The position numbers and the translations under genes were made by a program. Below are positions 8,774 through 17,433 of a DNA stretch of 36,480 nucleotides, in pieces. The stretch lies in the NCBI GenBank assembly GCA_045653865.1, contig JAZOMJ010000065.1:1-36480 (forward strand), in the 5' to 3' direction. How positions within the stretch are numbered: position 1 is the stretch's first letter; every line of letters starts with the position of its first letter. The DNA is from Eubacteriales bacterium. GTDB lineage: Bacteria > Bacillota > Clostridia > Oscillospirales > CAG-272. The notes below the pieces were generated by a model. It made no database searches, was not told the origin of the DNA, and saw nothing but the letters and a program-made list of their open reading frames with translations.

Positions 8774-9439
8774 ATGATCAAGGCGGTTTTGTTCGATATG
8801 GATGGCACCATTTTTGATACCGAGGCTATCTACCGTCGCGCGTGGATTCGTGCGGCGAAAGATGTTGGTTTCAATGTTGATATGGATCGCTTTTTTGAGC
8901 TTGTTTGCGGTCTCAACATGGCGGATATGACGGCTCTTGTTCATCACGTTTATGGCGAAGATGCACCCTTTGAAGAAGTGCGTGCCGGAAGACGTGTTTA
9001 CATCGAAGAAGATCTTGCCACCATCGGCTTGCAATTCAAGTCGGGCGCTCCCGAAATTCTGTATTCCTTAAAAGAGCAGGGCATACGCATAGCCCTTGTC
9101 ACCTCGTCGGGCAGACCTCTTGTCGACCGCTATTTGAAGATGTCGGGCTTGGAGGATGTTTTTGACGTCATTATGACAGGCGAGACGGTTGTGCACGGCA
9201 AGCCTCACCCCGAAATCTTTCTCGCCGCCGCCGCAAAGCTGGGCATTGACCCATCGCATTGCATGGTGGTGGAGGATTCGCCCAACGGCATTCGCGCAGG
9301 TCACGCGGCAGAAATGTACACCGTTATGGTGCCCGACCTGCACCCTTGCACCGAGGAGCTGCAATCGCTCCTGTGGCGCTGTTGCAACACACTCAGCGAT
9401 TTGCTCCCATTGATTGAAAAAGAAAACCAAACCACATAA
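8774..9439 (+). CDS. HAD-superfamily phosphatase (subfamily IA, beta-PGM/CbbY-like)
   Basis: FDMDGT, VTSS, GKPHPEIF, VEDSPNGI. Confidence 0.9.
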   Translation: MIKAVLFDMDGTIFDTEAIYRRAWIRAAKDVGFNVDMDRFFELVCGLNMADMTALVHHVYGEDAPFEEVRAGRRVYIEEDLATIGLQFKSGAPEILYSLKEQGIRIALVTSSGRPLVDRYLKMSGLEDVFDVIMTGETVVHGKPHPEIFLAAAAKLGIDPSHCMVVEDSPNGIRAGHAAEMYTVMVPDLHPCTEELQSLLWRCCNTLSDLLPLIEKENQTT

Positions 9440-9466
9440 ATTTTTGAAACAAGGAGAAAACAAACC

Positions 9467-10846
9467 ATGATTGCAAAAACATTGGCTGAAGAAGTACTTG
9501 CCGTCGCGATGAGCGGTGGGGCTGACTTTGTCGAGCTCTTTGGCGAGATTACTCGAAACAACAGCATGAGTATGGTGGACGGCAAAATCGACCGTGTCAC
9601 CGATAATTTGGTATCCGGCGTTGGCATTCGCGCATTTTTGGGAACCAAAACCGTATTCGCTTCTACCTCCGACACCTCTCGTGCAGGACTTCTCAAGTGT
9701 GCACGCTCTGTAGCCGTTGCTACGGGAGAGCTCCGCGCAGTTGAAAAAATTATTCTCAATGAGCGTATGTTCCCCAATATTCACCCTGCAAAAATCATTC
9801 CCACAAGTGTTGAGGCGCGCGTTCGTGCCGACCTCTTGCGTGCAGGTTGCTTTGCCGCAAAAGAGTATGATGCGGCAATCTCTCAGGTCAGCGGCTCGCT
9901 GGCAGGGGTTGACCACACCATTTTGGTTGCCAACACCGAAGGACTCTACACCACCGACCGCCACATCCGCACCCGTATGGCAATCTCCTCGGTTGCAAGT
10001 GCGGCAGGGGTTAACCAATCGGGTGGCGCCAGTCCCGGAGCGGGAATGGGCATGGAATTTTTCGACCTCGTCAATCCCGTTGACATCGGTCGCGAAGCAT
10101 CCCGTCAAGCTATGGTAAACTTAAAAGCCGATTACTGCCCTGCAGGAACCATGACCGTTGCCATTGAAAACGGTTTTGGCGGTGTTATTTTCCACGAGGC
10201 TTGCGGTCACTCGCTTGAAGCAACCTCGGTTGCCATCGGTGCGTCTCAAATGGCAGGCAAGCTTGGTCAGCAAATTGCAAACCCCAAGGTAACCGCCATC
10301 GACGACGGCACCATCCCCGGTGCGTGGGGCTCTGTCAACATCGATGACGAGGGAAATCCCACACAAAAGAATATTCTCATCGAAAACGGTATTCTCAAGA
10401 GCTATATGGTCGACCGCTTGGGCGCTCGCCGTATGGGCTGTGCTATGACCGGCAACTCCCGTCGCCAAAGCTACGAATACGAGCCTACCTCTCGTATGAC
10501 CAACACCTACATTGATAACGGCCCCGACAAAAACGAAGATATCATCGCATCCATCGAGAACGGTTTGTACTGCAAAAAGATGGGTGGCGGATCCGTTAAC
10601 CCCCTCACGGGCGCGTTCAACTTCTCGGTAGCCGAGGGCTATCTTGTAAAGAACGGCAAGATTTGCGAAGCAGTTCGCGGTGCATCCTTGGTTGGCACCG
10701 GTTCCGAAATTCTGCAAAACATCGATATGGTAGGTCAAAACCTCGAAAGAGCACAGGGTATGTGCGGCTCCTCCAGCGGTAGCGTTCCCACCGACGTAGG
10801 ACAACCCCTCATCCGTGTTTCTTCCATCACAGTAGGAGGTCGATAA
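9467..10846 (+). CDS. tldD: TldD metalloprotease subunit
   Basis: HEACGHSLE zinc motif, DDEG, RMTNTYI, C-terminal GMCG..SG..P..VGQP..TVGG. Confidence 0.93.
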   Translation: MIAKTLAEEVLAVAMSGGADFVELFGEITRNNSMSMVDGKIDRVTDNLVSGVGIRAFLGTKTVFASTSDTSRAGLLKCARSVAVATGELRAVEKIILNERMFPNIHPAKIIPTSVEARVRADLLRAGCFAAKEYDAAISQVSGSLAGVDHTILVANTEGLYTTDRHIRTRMAISSVASAAGVNQSGGASPGAGMGMEFFDLVNPVDIGREASRQAMVNLKADYCPAGTMTVAIENGFGGVIFHEACGHSLEATSVAIGASQMAGKLGQQIANPKVTAIDDGTIPGAWGSVNIDDEGNPTQKNILIENGILKSYMVDRLGARRMGCAMTGNSRRQSYEYEPTSRMTNTYIDNGPDKNEDIIASIENGLYCKKMGGGSVNPLTGAFNFSVAEGYLVKNGKICEAVRGASLVGTGSEILQNIDMVGQNLERAQGMCGSSSGSVPTDVGQPLIRVSSITVGGR

Positions 10847-10847
10847 A

Positions 10848-12188
10848 ATGTTATTTGAGCAAATGAAAAATGCGCTCATTGCCGCCGCAACAGAAGCGGG
10901 CATCGAGCAATATGAAATTTACTATCAAGTAGGCGAGAGCATCAGCGCCGAAACCCTCAAGGATGAAATCAGCGCATTTGCATCGAGCGTGAGCGGTGGC
11001 ATCTGCTTCCGTTGCATCGTTGGCGGCAAAATGGGCTACGCTTCCAGCGAGCTCTTAACCGAGGATGCCATGCAAGAGCTCGTTCAAAATGCAGTTGCGA
11101 ATGCGGCTTGCATCGATAACGATGACGAGGTATTCATTTTTGAAGGCTCTCCCGCATACGCAAAAATCGATGCAGGCGAGGTAAAGCTTGCCGATGCCGT
11201 TACCATTCGCGATACGGCTCTGCGCCTGCAAAAGGAAACCTACGCGCAAAGCGACAAGGTTGCCGACGGTACACAATCGGTGGCAATGTCCAGCGTGGGT
11301 GAGGTACGCCTTTATAACTCTCACGGATTGTCTCTTTCCAACCGTACGGGTATGAGCGGTGCCTATGCCGCCGCTGTTGTGCGTGATGGAGATGAAGCAC
11401 AAGAGGATTTTGATTTTATGGTTGGCGAAAGCTTTGACGAGGTGAAGGAAGCCGCGCAAAAAGCCGTTCGCGGAGCCCTGAACAAAATGGGGGCTTCCGT
11501 TGCTCCCTCGGGCAAGCAGAACGTTGTGTTCGACGGCAAGCAATTCCGTCAATTCTTGGCGGTATTCTCCTCGGCTTTCTCTGCAAAGAATGCGCAACTC
11601 GGTCTGTCGCTTTTGGCAGGCAAAGAGGGCGAGCAAATTGCGGCACCGTTCGTTAATATCATTGACGACCCGATGCGCGAGGGCTCTCCCATAAAGACCC
11701 CCTTTGACGGTGAGGGTGTTGCAACCGCACGCCGTGCCGTTGTTGAGAACGGTGTTCTCAAAACCATGCTCTATGACCTCACCACTGCCAAAAAGGCAGG
11801 CGTTATCTCTACGGGCAACGGTCAAAAGGGCAGTTACGCGGCTCCCGTTTCCATCGCTCCTTATAACTTTGGCATGATGGCAGGGGATTGCGACCTCGAC
11901 ACTCTGCTTTCGATGGCAGGCGAGGGCATTTATATCACCGAGTGCAAGGGCTTCCACGCAGGTGCCAATGCCGTAACCGGTGACTTCTCTATTGAGAGTG
12001 CGGGCTTTATGATCCGTGATGGCAAGCTTGCCGAGCCGGTAAAATCCTTTACCATTGCAGGCAACTTCTTCGAGCTCATCAAAAACATCGATACCCTTGG
12101 CAACGAGGTTCGTTGGGGTATTCCGTCAAGAACCACCTTTGGTGCTCCCGACGTGCTTGTGCGCGATATGAGCGTTGCGGGTAAATAA
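10848..12188 (+). CDS. pmbA: PmbA/TldE partner subunit
   Basis: PFDGEG, STGNG, GANAVTGDFS, TIAGN, no HExxH motif; 1 nt after tldD. Confidence 0.92.
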   Translation: MLFEQMKNALIAAATEAGIEQYEIYYQVGESISAETLKDEISAFASSVSGGICFRCIVGGKMGYASSELLTEDAMQELVQNAVANAACIDNDDEVFIFEGSPAYAKIDAGEVKLADAVTIRDTALRLQKETYAQSDKVADGTQSVAMSSVGEVRLYNSHGLSLSNRTGMSGAYAAAVVRDGDEAQEDFDFMVGESFDEVKEAAQKAVRGALNKMGASVAPSGKQNVVFDGKQFRQFLAVFSSAFSAKNAQLGLSLLAGKEGEQIAAPFVNIIDDPMREGSPIKTPFDGEGVATARRAVVENGVLKTMLYDLTTAKKAGVISTGNGQKGSYAAPVSIAPYNFGMMAGDCDLDTLLSMAGEGIYITECKGFHAGANAVTGDFSIESAGFMIRDGKLAEPVKSFTIAGNFFELIKNIDTLGNEVRWGIPSRTTFGAPDVLVRDMSVAGK

Positions 12189-12232
12189 TTGATTACAAAA
12201 TACACACATTTGCAGAAAGGAAGTGAAAGACG

Positions 12233-13675
12233 ATGCAGAAAAAACCACAAGAGCAGGATATTTTTATGAAAGAACGTGCAAAACAGAACGGCATTGCGTT
12301 TTCTCTATTTGCCCTCTTTTTGAGTCTTTCCTTCCTTGCCGCTGTTCCCGTGGCAATGCGCGTAACAGACACCAATACCGATACATTGTTGCAAAATTTG
12401 TTCCGCATTTGTACAAGTCCTTCCAAGCTTGTCACCGACTACTTTGCGGTGGGATGCTTGGCGAGCACCTTGCTCAATGCGGGAATTTGCGGTTTGGCGT
12501 GCAACTTTTTGATTCTCATCAGTGGCACAAGAGCCTCTTCCACAACCTTTGCGGCATATATTTTGGTTATTGCGCACTGCTTTTACGGCTTGAACCTTAT
12601 CAATATGTGGCCACCCTTTGTTGGCGTCATCATTTATTGTCTTGTTACAAAAAATCCTTTGCGCAAAAATTTGCACGTGGCAATGTTTGCAACGGCTCTC
12701 GCGCCTTTTATCAGCGACTTTTTGTTTTCTTATCCGCTTGGCGTTTATGTCAATGTGTTGGGTGTAAACGTCAACATTGTAGGCATTGCAATGTCTGTTT
12801 TGTTTGGCTTTGGTTCGGGCTTTTTGGTGCCGGCTCTTCTGCCGGGAACCACCGCTATGCACCGCGGCTACAATATGTACAAAGCAGGCTTGGCGCTTGG
12901 CATGTTCGGCATTTTTGTCTATTGCTTCCTTTACCAAACGCTTGGCATTGAGCCTGCGGCGGCAGTTGTTGAAGAAAACGCGCAGCATCCCGAGGGTGTC
13001 GGGCAGGTTTATTGGGGATTTATGAATATCTTTTTCATCATCCTCTTTAGCGTATGCGAGCTGCTCGGATTTTTTCTCAATAAATGCTCCTTCCGCAATT
13101 ATCGCCAACTGCTCGGGTGTACGGGCTACGGCCTCGACTTTGCCGACAAATTCGGCATGCCCGTTTGCTTTATCAACTTTGGCGTATATGGATTTTGCAT
13201 TTTGGCATATCTCAATTTGGTGTTCTTGTTGCCCGAAATTTTCCCGTTTTTACCGGCAGGTGTCGGTTTTACAGGCCCCACGGTAGGCGTTACTTTTGCG
13301 GCGCTCACCTTTTCGGCTGACGGACAGCACCCCAAAAACGTAGCTCCCATTGCATTGGGCTACACCATTTTGTTTGCCATCACCTGCGGCATTTGTGCCG
13401 TGAACGCTTTGGATATTCCCTGGACACTTTCCACCCAAGCCTACATCAACGGCTTGGCATTTGCAACCGGACTTTGCCCCATTGCAGGTAAATACGGTTG
13501 GAAGTGGGGCGTGGTGGCAGGACTTGTCAGTGCCATCATTTGCACCTCAACCGCGGCAATGCACGGCGGATTTGTCCTTTACAACGGTGGATTCAATGCA
13601 GGACTCACTGCCTTGATTCTCATTCCCGTACTCGATTTTTACCGCATCGAACCCATTCGCAGAGACGACGATTGA
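12233..13675 (+). CDS. Polytopic membrane protein, DUF1576-like
   Basis: Many hydrophobic segments with a two-fold internal repeat (ATALAP..MHRGYNMY / ATGLCP..MHGGFVLYNGGF), LVTDYF and GQHPKN motifs. Family recognised from memory. Confidence 0.75.
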   Translation: MQKKPQEQDIFMKERAKQNGIAFSLFALFLSLSFLAAVPVAMRVTDTNTDTLLQNLFRICTSPSKLVTDYFAVGCLASTLLNAGICGLACNFLILISGTRASSTTFAAYILVIAHCFYGLNLINMWPPFVGVIIYCLVTKNPLRKNLHVAMFATALAPFISDFLFSYPLGVYVNVLGVNVNIVGIAMSVLFGFGSGFLVPALLPGTTAMHRGYNMYKAGLALGMFGIFVYCFLYQTLGIEPAAAVVEENAQHPEGVGQVYWGFMNIFFIILFSVCELLGFFLNKCSFRNYRQLLGCTGYGLDFADKFGMPVCFINFGVYGFCILAYLNLVFLLPEIFPFLPAGVGFTGPTVGVTFAALTFSADGQHPKNVAPIALGYTILFAITCGICAVNALDIPWTLSTQAYINGLAFATGLCPIAGKYGWKWGVVAGLVSAIICTSTAAMHGGFVLYNGGFNAGLTALILIPVLDFYRIEPIRRDDD

Positions 13676-13705
13676 TTTTTTGGTTGCCCAAAAGAAAGGA
13701 ATAAA

Positions 13706-14527
13706 ATGTTTTTTCAAAAATTAAACCCTTATAAAACCTGCACCTGCCTGCTTTTGGCGTTGGTTTGCCTTTTGATGACGGGGTGCCTCAAGGCAGAAAG
13801 CCACCGTGATTTTCCCGAAACGTCAACTCCGCAAACCAACGAGCAACCGAGCATCGACGCCGGCACAAACGTTGATACCCGTCCGCGTGTGGCGCTCACT
13901 TATGACGACGGACCACACGAAAAATATCAGGATACTCCCAGTCGCACAAGACTCATCGTAGACGAGCTTGATAAATATGGCTATCACGCAACCTTTTTTG
14001 TAGTAGGAAACCGTGTTGACGGAACCGAATACAATGGTGGCGATGCAATGGTCTATGCCGCAAATCACGGGAATGAAATTGGCATTCACGGATATACGCA
14101 CAATGCTAATTATTCCACATGCTCGGATGAAGTTTTCGAATACGAAATGAATGAAACCTTGAAAGCCATTCAAAATAAACTTCCCGGGTATGAGGTTCGC
14201 GTGATGCGTCCGGTAGGTGGCGAAATTTCGAGCGAGCGTGTTACAACAACGCCATACGCTGTTGTGAACTGGAGCGTGGACACATTGGATTGGAAACTTA
14301 CCAGACCAATCGGTGATGAAGAAAGCATCGAAGAAATTGTCAACAATGCGCTCGAAAATATAAAGGATGGCGATATTGTTCTCATGCACGACATTCACTA
14401 CAATACATACGAAGCAACGGTTATCATTCTGCAACGCTTGAATGAAATGGGATTTAACGTAGTCACTGTTTCCGAACTTCTTGGCGACGATTTGCAACCG
14501 GGAAGGCTTTATACAAAAGCACCATAA
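13706..14527 (+). CDS. Polysaccharide deacetylase (CE4) lipoprotein
   Basis: Lipobox-like LMTGC; TYDDGP, HGYTH, RPVGG, DTLDW and LMHD motifs. Confidence 0.9.
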   Translation: MFFQKLNPYKTCTCLLLALVCLLMTGCLKAESHRDFPETSTPQTNEQPSIDAGTNVDTRPRVALTYDDGPHEKYQDTPSRTRLIVDELDKYGYHATFFVVGNRVDGTEYNGGDAMVYAANHGNEIGIHGYTHNANYSTCSDEVFEYEMNETLKAIQNKLPGYEVRVMRPVGGEISSERVTTTPYAVVNWSVDTLDWKLTRPIGDEESIEEIVNNALENIKDGDIVLMHDIHYNTYEATVIILQRLNEMGFNVVTVSELLGDDLQPGRLYTKAP

Positions 14528-14535
14528 GTACAAAT

Positions 14536-14565
14536 AGGGGGATAGCACGAGGCTATCCCTTTGTT
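14536..14565 (+). terminator. Terminator hairpin ending the HAD-tldD-CE4 unit
   Basis: AGGGGGATAGC-ACGAG-GCTATCCCTTT GTT. Confidence 0.65.
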
Positions 14566-14580
14566 ATTACTTTTATGGTG

Positions 14581-14692
14581 GACAGTCAATAGTAGCTCCT
14601 ACGATGTAATCAACTTTCTTAGCGGATAGGGTTAGTGGTCCCTAGCCGCTTGCGATAGCAAAAGCGAGGTCTTATCCTCGCGTCGACTGTCT
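14581..14692 (-). repeat. Structured element, copy B
   Basis: Reverse complement AGACAGTCGACGCGAGGATAAGACCTCGCTTTTGCTATCGCAAGCGGCTAGGGACCACTAACCCTATCCGCTAAGAAAGTTGA matches 8541-8624. Confidence 0.75.
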
Positions 14693-14741
14693 GTTTGTAA
14701 ACTAACGACTCTATTTTTTGACCCTTTGTGCAAGCGTTCTT

Positions 14742-14784
14742 GAAAGGGGTGTGGGGGAAACTTCTTGCAAGAAGTTTCCCCCAC
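14742..14784 (-). repeat. Stop-proximal hairpin repeat, copy 2 (after the PflX-like gene)
   Basis: Minus strand GTGGGGGAAACTTCTTGCAAGAAGTTTCCCCCAC followed by ACCCCTTTC; 13 nt after TAG. Confidence 0.85.
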
Positions 14785-14797
14785 GACAACGCTTCCC

Positions 14798-15670
14798 CTA
14801 AAAATCAGGTGTGTATTTACTTGTAGCAGATGTCAAGTCCTGCGAAAAGCCGTCAAAACCGAGGTCGGAGGCAACTTTTTGCACCGATTGGTACTCAAAA
14901 GTGGTGAGTCGGCGGTGCAGGTTGGGGTAGGGGGCATCCTCGGCAAATTCGGGGGTGTATTGCCCCATCAGGGAGAGCAAAAACGCATCGGTGCCAAACT
15001 TTTTAGAGAGAGCGGTGAGCAGATCAATCGAATCGGAGCGGCATCCCGGTAGGATGAGATGGCGCAGGATGACGCCGCGCAAAAGAATACCGTCCTCCGC
15101 GTAAAGGCGCGCGTCGCCCACTTGCCGCAGCATCTCGCCAACGGCGGGCATGGCAACCGAAAAATAATCGGGCGCCGAGGAATATGCCGCCGACACGGCA
15201 GGCGAAAAGTACTTCACGTCGGGCAAATAAACGTCTACAAGACCGTCGAGTGCGCGGAGAGATTCCACGCTTTCATAGGCACTGCTGTTCCACACAATGG
15301 GGATGTGCAAATGCGGCTTTGCACGCTCCAAAAGGCGGGCAAGCTGCAGGGTGTAGTGCGAGGGGGTGACAAGATTGATGTTGTGCGCGCCTGCATCTTG
15401 CAGACGAAGCATTGCATCCAAAAGGGCATCGTCATTCATTTTGCGGCCGACACCGCCGTGACTGATGGCGCGGTTTTGGCAGAATACGCAACGCAAATTG
15501 CAACCGCCAAAAAAGATGGTTCCCGAGCCGTTTTTGCCGCTGATGGGCGGTTCTTCCCAAGCGTGAAGCCCTGTGCGAGCAATCAAAAAATCATCGGGAG
15601 AGGCGCAAAAGCCGTAACGCTCCCCTTGGCGGTCTATTTGGCACTGACGCGGACATTGACGGCAAAGCAT
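14798..15670 (-). CDS. pflX: PflX-like radical SAM protein (PFL-activating-enzyme family)
   Basis: CRQCPRQC, HAWEEPPISG..GSGTIFF, CNLRCVFCQN (CxxxCxxC), HNINLVTP, RHLILPG, MGQYTP. Confidence 0.88.
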   Translation of the reverse strand: MLCRQCPRQCQIDRQGERYGFCASPDDFLIARTGLHAWEEPPISGKNGSGTIFFGGCNLRCVFCQNRAISHGGVGRKMNDDALLDAMLRLQDAGAHNINLVTPSHYTLQLARLLERAKPHLHIPIVWNSSAYESVESLRALDGLVDVYLPDVKYFSPAVSAAYSSAPDYFSVAMPAVGEMLRQVGDARLYAEDGILLRGVILRHLILPGCRSDSIDLLTALSKKFGTDAFLLSLMGQYTPEFAEDAPYPNLHRRLTTFEYQSVQKVASDLGFDGFSQDLTSATSKYTPDF

Positions 15671-15699
15671 GATGTTCCCCCCTTTTTCATTTTTCTTTT

Positions 15700-15770
15700 A
15701 TTGTACCACACTTTTTTCCAAAATACAAGAGGGGAAAATGCTTGACAGAATAGGGGATTTATGGTATAAT
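15700..15770. promoter_or_regulatory. Back-to-back promoters for pflX (-) and mntP (+)
   Basis: Minus strand TTGTAT(15728-15723)-17-TACAAT(15705-15700); plus strand TTGACA(15742-15747)-17-TG-g-TATAAT(15765-15770). Confidence 0.75.
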
Positions 15771-15811
15771 AGCAAAGCAAATAAAAACAGAAAGAAAAAC
15801 GGAGAGTTTCG

Positions 15812-16399
15812 ATGAACTTTGAATTTTTTATGATGAGTATTGCGCTTGGCGCAGGACTCGCTATGGATGCTTTTTCGGTGTCTCTCGCAAACGGACTGAA
15901 TGAACCCTGTATGGGAACACGCAAAATGTGTGGCGTGGCAGGCATTTTTTCGCTCTTTCAGTTTGCAATGCCGCTCATCGGTTGGGTTTGCGTGCACACC
16001 GTTATGCAATATTTTGCATTCTTTGGTAAGCTGATTCCTTGGATTGCGCTGGCACTCCTTGGCTACATTGGTGGCAAAATGCTCTATGAGGGCATCACTT
16101 GCAGAGAGGAAGAAGATTGCGGATGCACAAAAGTATGTCTTTCGGCATTGCTTGTGCAAGGCATTGCAACCTCGATTGATGCGCTGTCGGATGGCTTTAC
16201 CATTGCCGATTACGATTGGCTGATGGCGTTGGTTTGCTGTCTTGTTATCGCCGTTGTTACCTTTATTTTGTGCGCCATCGGTCTTTTGCTTGGCAAAACC
16301 TTTGGCACAAAGCTTGCGGGCAAGGCATCCATTTTGGGTGGCTCGATTCTTATCATCATTGGCATCAAAATCTTTATAGACGGTGTTTTCTTGGCATAA
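15812..16399 (+). CDS. mntP: Manganese efflux pump, MntP family
   Basis: GLAMDAFSVS, FQFAMPLIGW, ATSIDAL, GGSILIIIG. Confidence 0.9.
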   Translation: MNFEFFMMSIALGAGLAMDAFSVSLANGLNEPCMGTRKMCGVAGIFSLFQFAMPLIGWVCVHTVMQYFAFFGKLIPWIALALLGYIGGKMLYEGITCREEEDCGCTKVCLSALLVQGIATSIDALSDGFTIADYDWLMALVCCLVIAVVTFILCAIGLLLGKTFGTKLAGKASILGGSILIIIGIKIFIDGVFLA

Positions 16400-16465
16400 G
16401 AGCAGACGGGCAAAGGTTTTTGTTTGTATGCTATTGTGATAAAAAACAAAAAACAGGAGGTTCTT

Positions 16466-17269
16466 ATGGAACAATTTTTGAACTGGATCATCCCCATTTT
16501 GCAGGACGTAGGTCTCAAACTCTTGATTTCAATCATTATCTTCATCGTTTGTCGAATCATTATTAAGGCGATTGTTAAGACTCTGCGCAACGGCAAGACG
16601 GCTCAAAAAATGGAGCCCACAGTGGCACATTTCTTGGCAAATTTCGCTAACATTGTGCTCTATACCATTCTGATGGTCACTATCATTGCTATTTTGGGCG
16701 TACCAATGGCATCGGTTGTGGCGGCAATCGCATCCGCAGGCGTGGCTATCGGTCTTGCGCTGCAAGGCGCGTTGAGCAATTTTGCAGGCGGCATTATGAT
16801 TTTGCTCTTTCATCCTTTCCGTGTGGGCGACTATATCGAGGTTGACGGTTTTGCAGGTACGGTAGACGATATCGACGTTTTTTACACCTTTCTCAAAACC
16901 CCCGATAACAAAAATGTTACTGTTCCCAACGGCAGCATTATGAGCAATGAGGTTGTCAACTATTCCACTAACGGCACACGTCGCGTCGATTGGACTTTTG
17001 GCGTGGCATATGGTAGCGACATCGACCGTGTGAAAGAAATTCTCATTGAAGAAGCAAGCCGTCACGAGCTTGTGTTGAAGGATCCCGAACCTTTCTGCCG
17101 TTTGAGCGAGCAGGGAGATAGTTCTTTGATTTTCGTTTTGCGTGTATGGGTTGAAACTGCCAACTATTGGCAGGTAAAATTCGATGTTCTCGAGGCAGTT
17201 CACAAAAGACTTGCGGCAGAGGGTGTTGAAATTCCGTTCCCGCAAATGGATGTTCACGTAAAGCAATAA
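16466..17269 (+). CDS. mscS: Small-conductance mechanosensitive channel
   Basis: GVAIGLALQGALSNFAGG, PFRVGDYI, VPNG, GVAYGSD, EIPFPQ; ATG 16466 after GGAGG. Confidence 0.93.
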   Translation: MEQFLNWIIPILQDVGLKLLISIIIFIVCRIIIKAIVKTLRNGKTAQKMEPTVAHFLANFANIVLYTILMVTIIAILGVPMASVVAAIASAGVAIGLALQGALSNFAGGIMILLFHPFRVGDYIEVDGFAGTVDDIDVFYTFLKTPDNKNVTVPNGSIMSNEVVNYSTNGTRRVDWTFGVAYGSDIDRVKEILIEEASRHELVLKDPEPFCRLSEQGDSSLIFVLRVWVETANYWQVKFDVLEAVHKRLAAEGVEIPFPQMDVHVKQ

Positions 17270-17280
17270 TTGCAATATTC

Positions 17281-17319
17281 AAAATCTCCGTGCCAAAGCA
17301 CGGGGATTTTTGTTTTTTT
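17281..17319 (+). terminator. Intrinsic terminator after mscS
   Basis: AAAATCTCCGTGC-CAAA-GCACGGGGATTTT plus T-rich tail. Confidence 0.85.
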
Positions 17320-17352
17320 AGTGTTCTTTTCCCAAAAATTGTGTGTTCGCGG

Positions 17353-17381
17353 TTGACTTTGGAAATATATTGTGCTATAAT
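17353..17381 (+). promoter_or_regulatory. sigmaA-type promoter for the ABC exporter
   Basis: TTGACT, 17 nt, TG-c-TATAAT. Confidence 0.75.
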
Positions 17382-17433
17382 GTTATAATGTAAAATTTAT
17401 GATTAAATAGTGAAAGGAACTTTTGTAAGAACT

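Noticed and set aside
13870-14527. Apparently more AT-rich codon usage in the CE4 domain (and in the Asp-box gene) suggesting recent transfer
   Set aside because: The difference by eye is modest, there are no mobility marks, and a computed GC/codon profile would be needed.
9467-15670. TldD/PmbA plus radical SAM as a RiPP biosynthetic cluster
   Set aside because: The radical SAM is a convergently transcribed PflX type without SPASM or RRE features; no precursor peptide or YcaO was seen.
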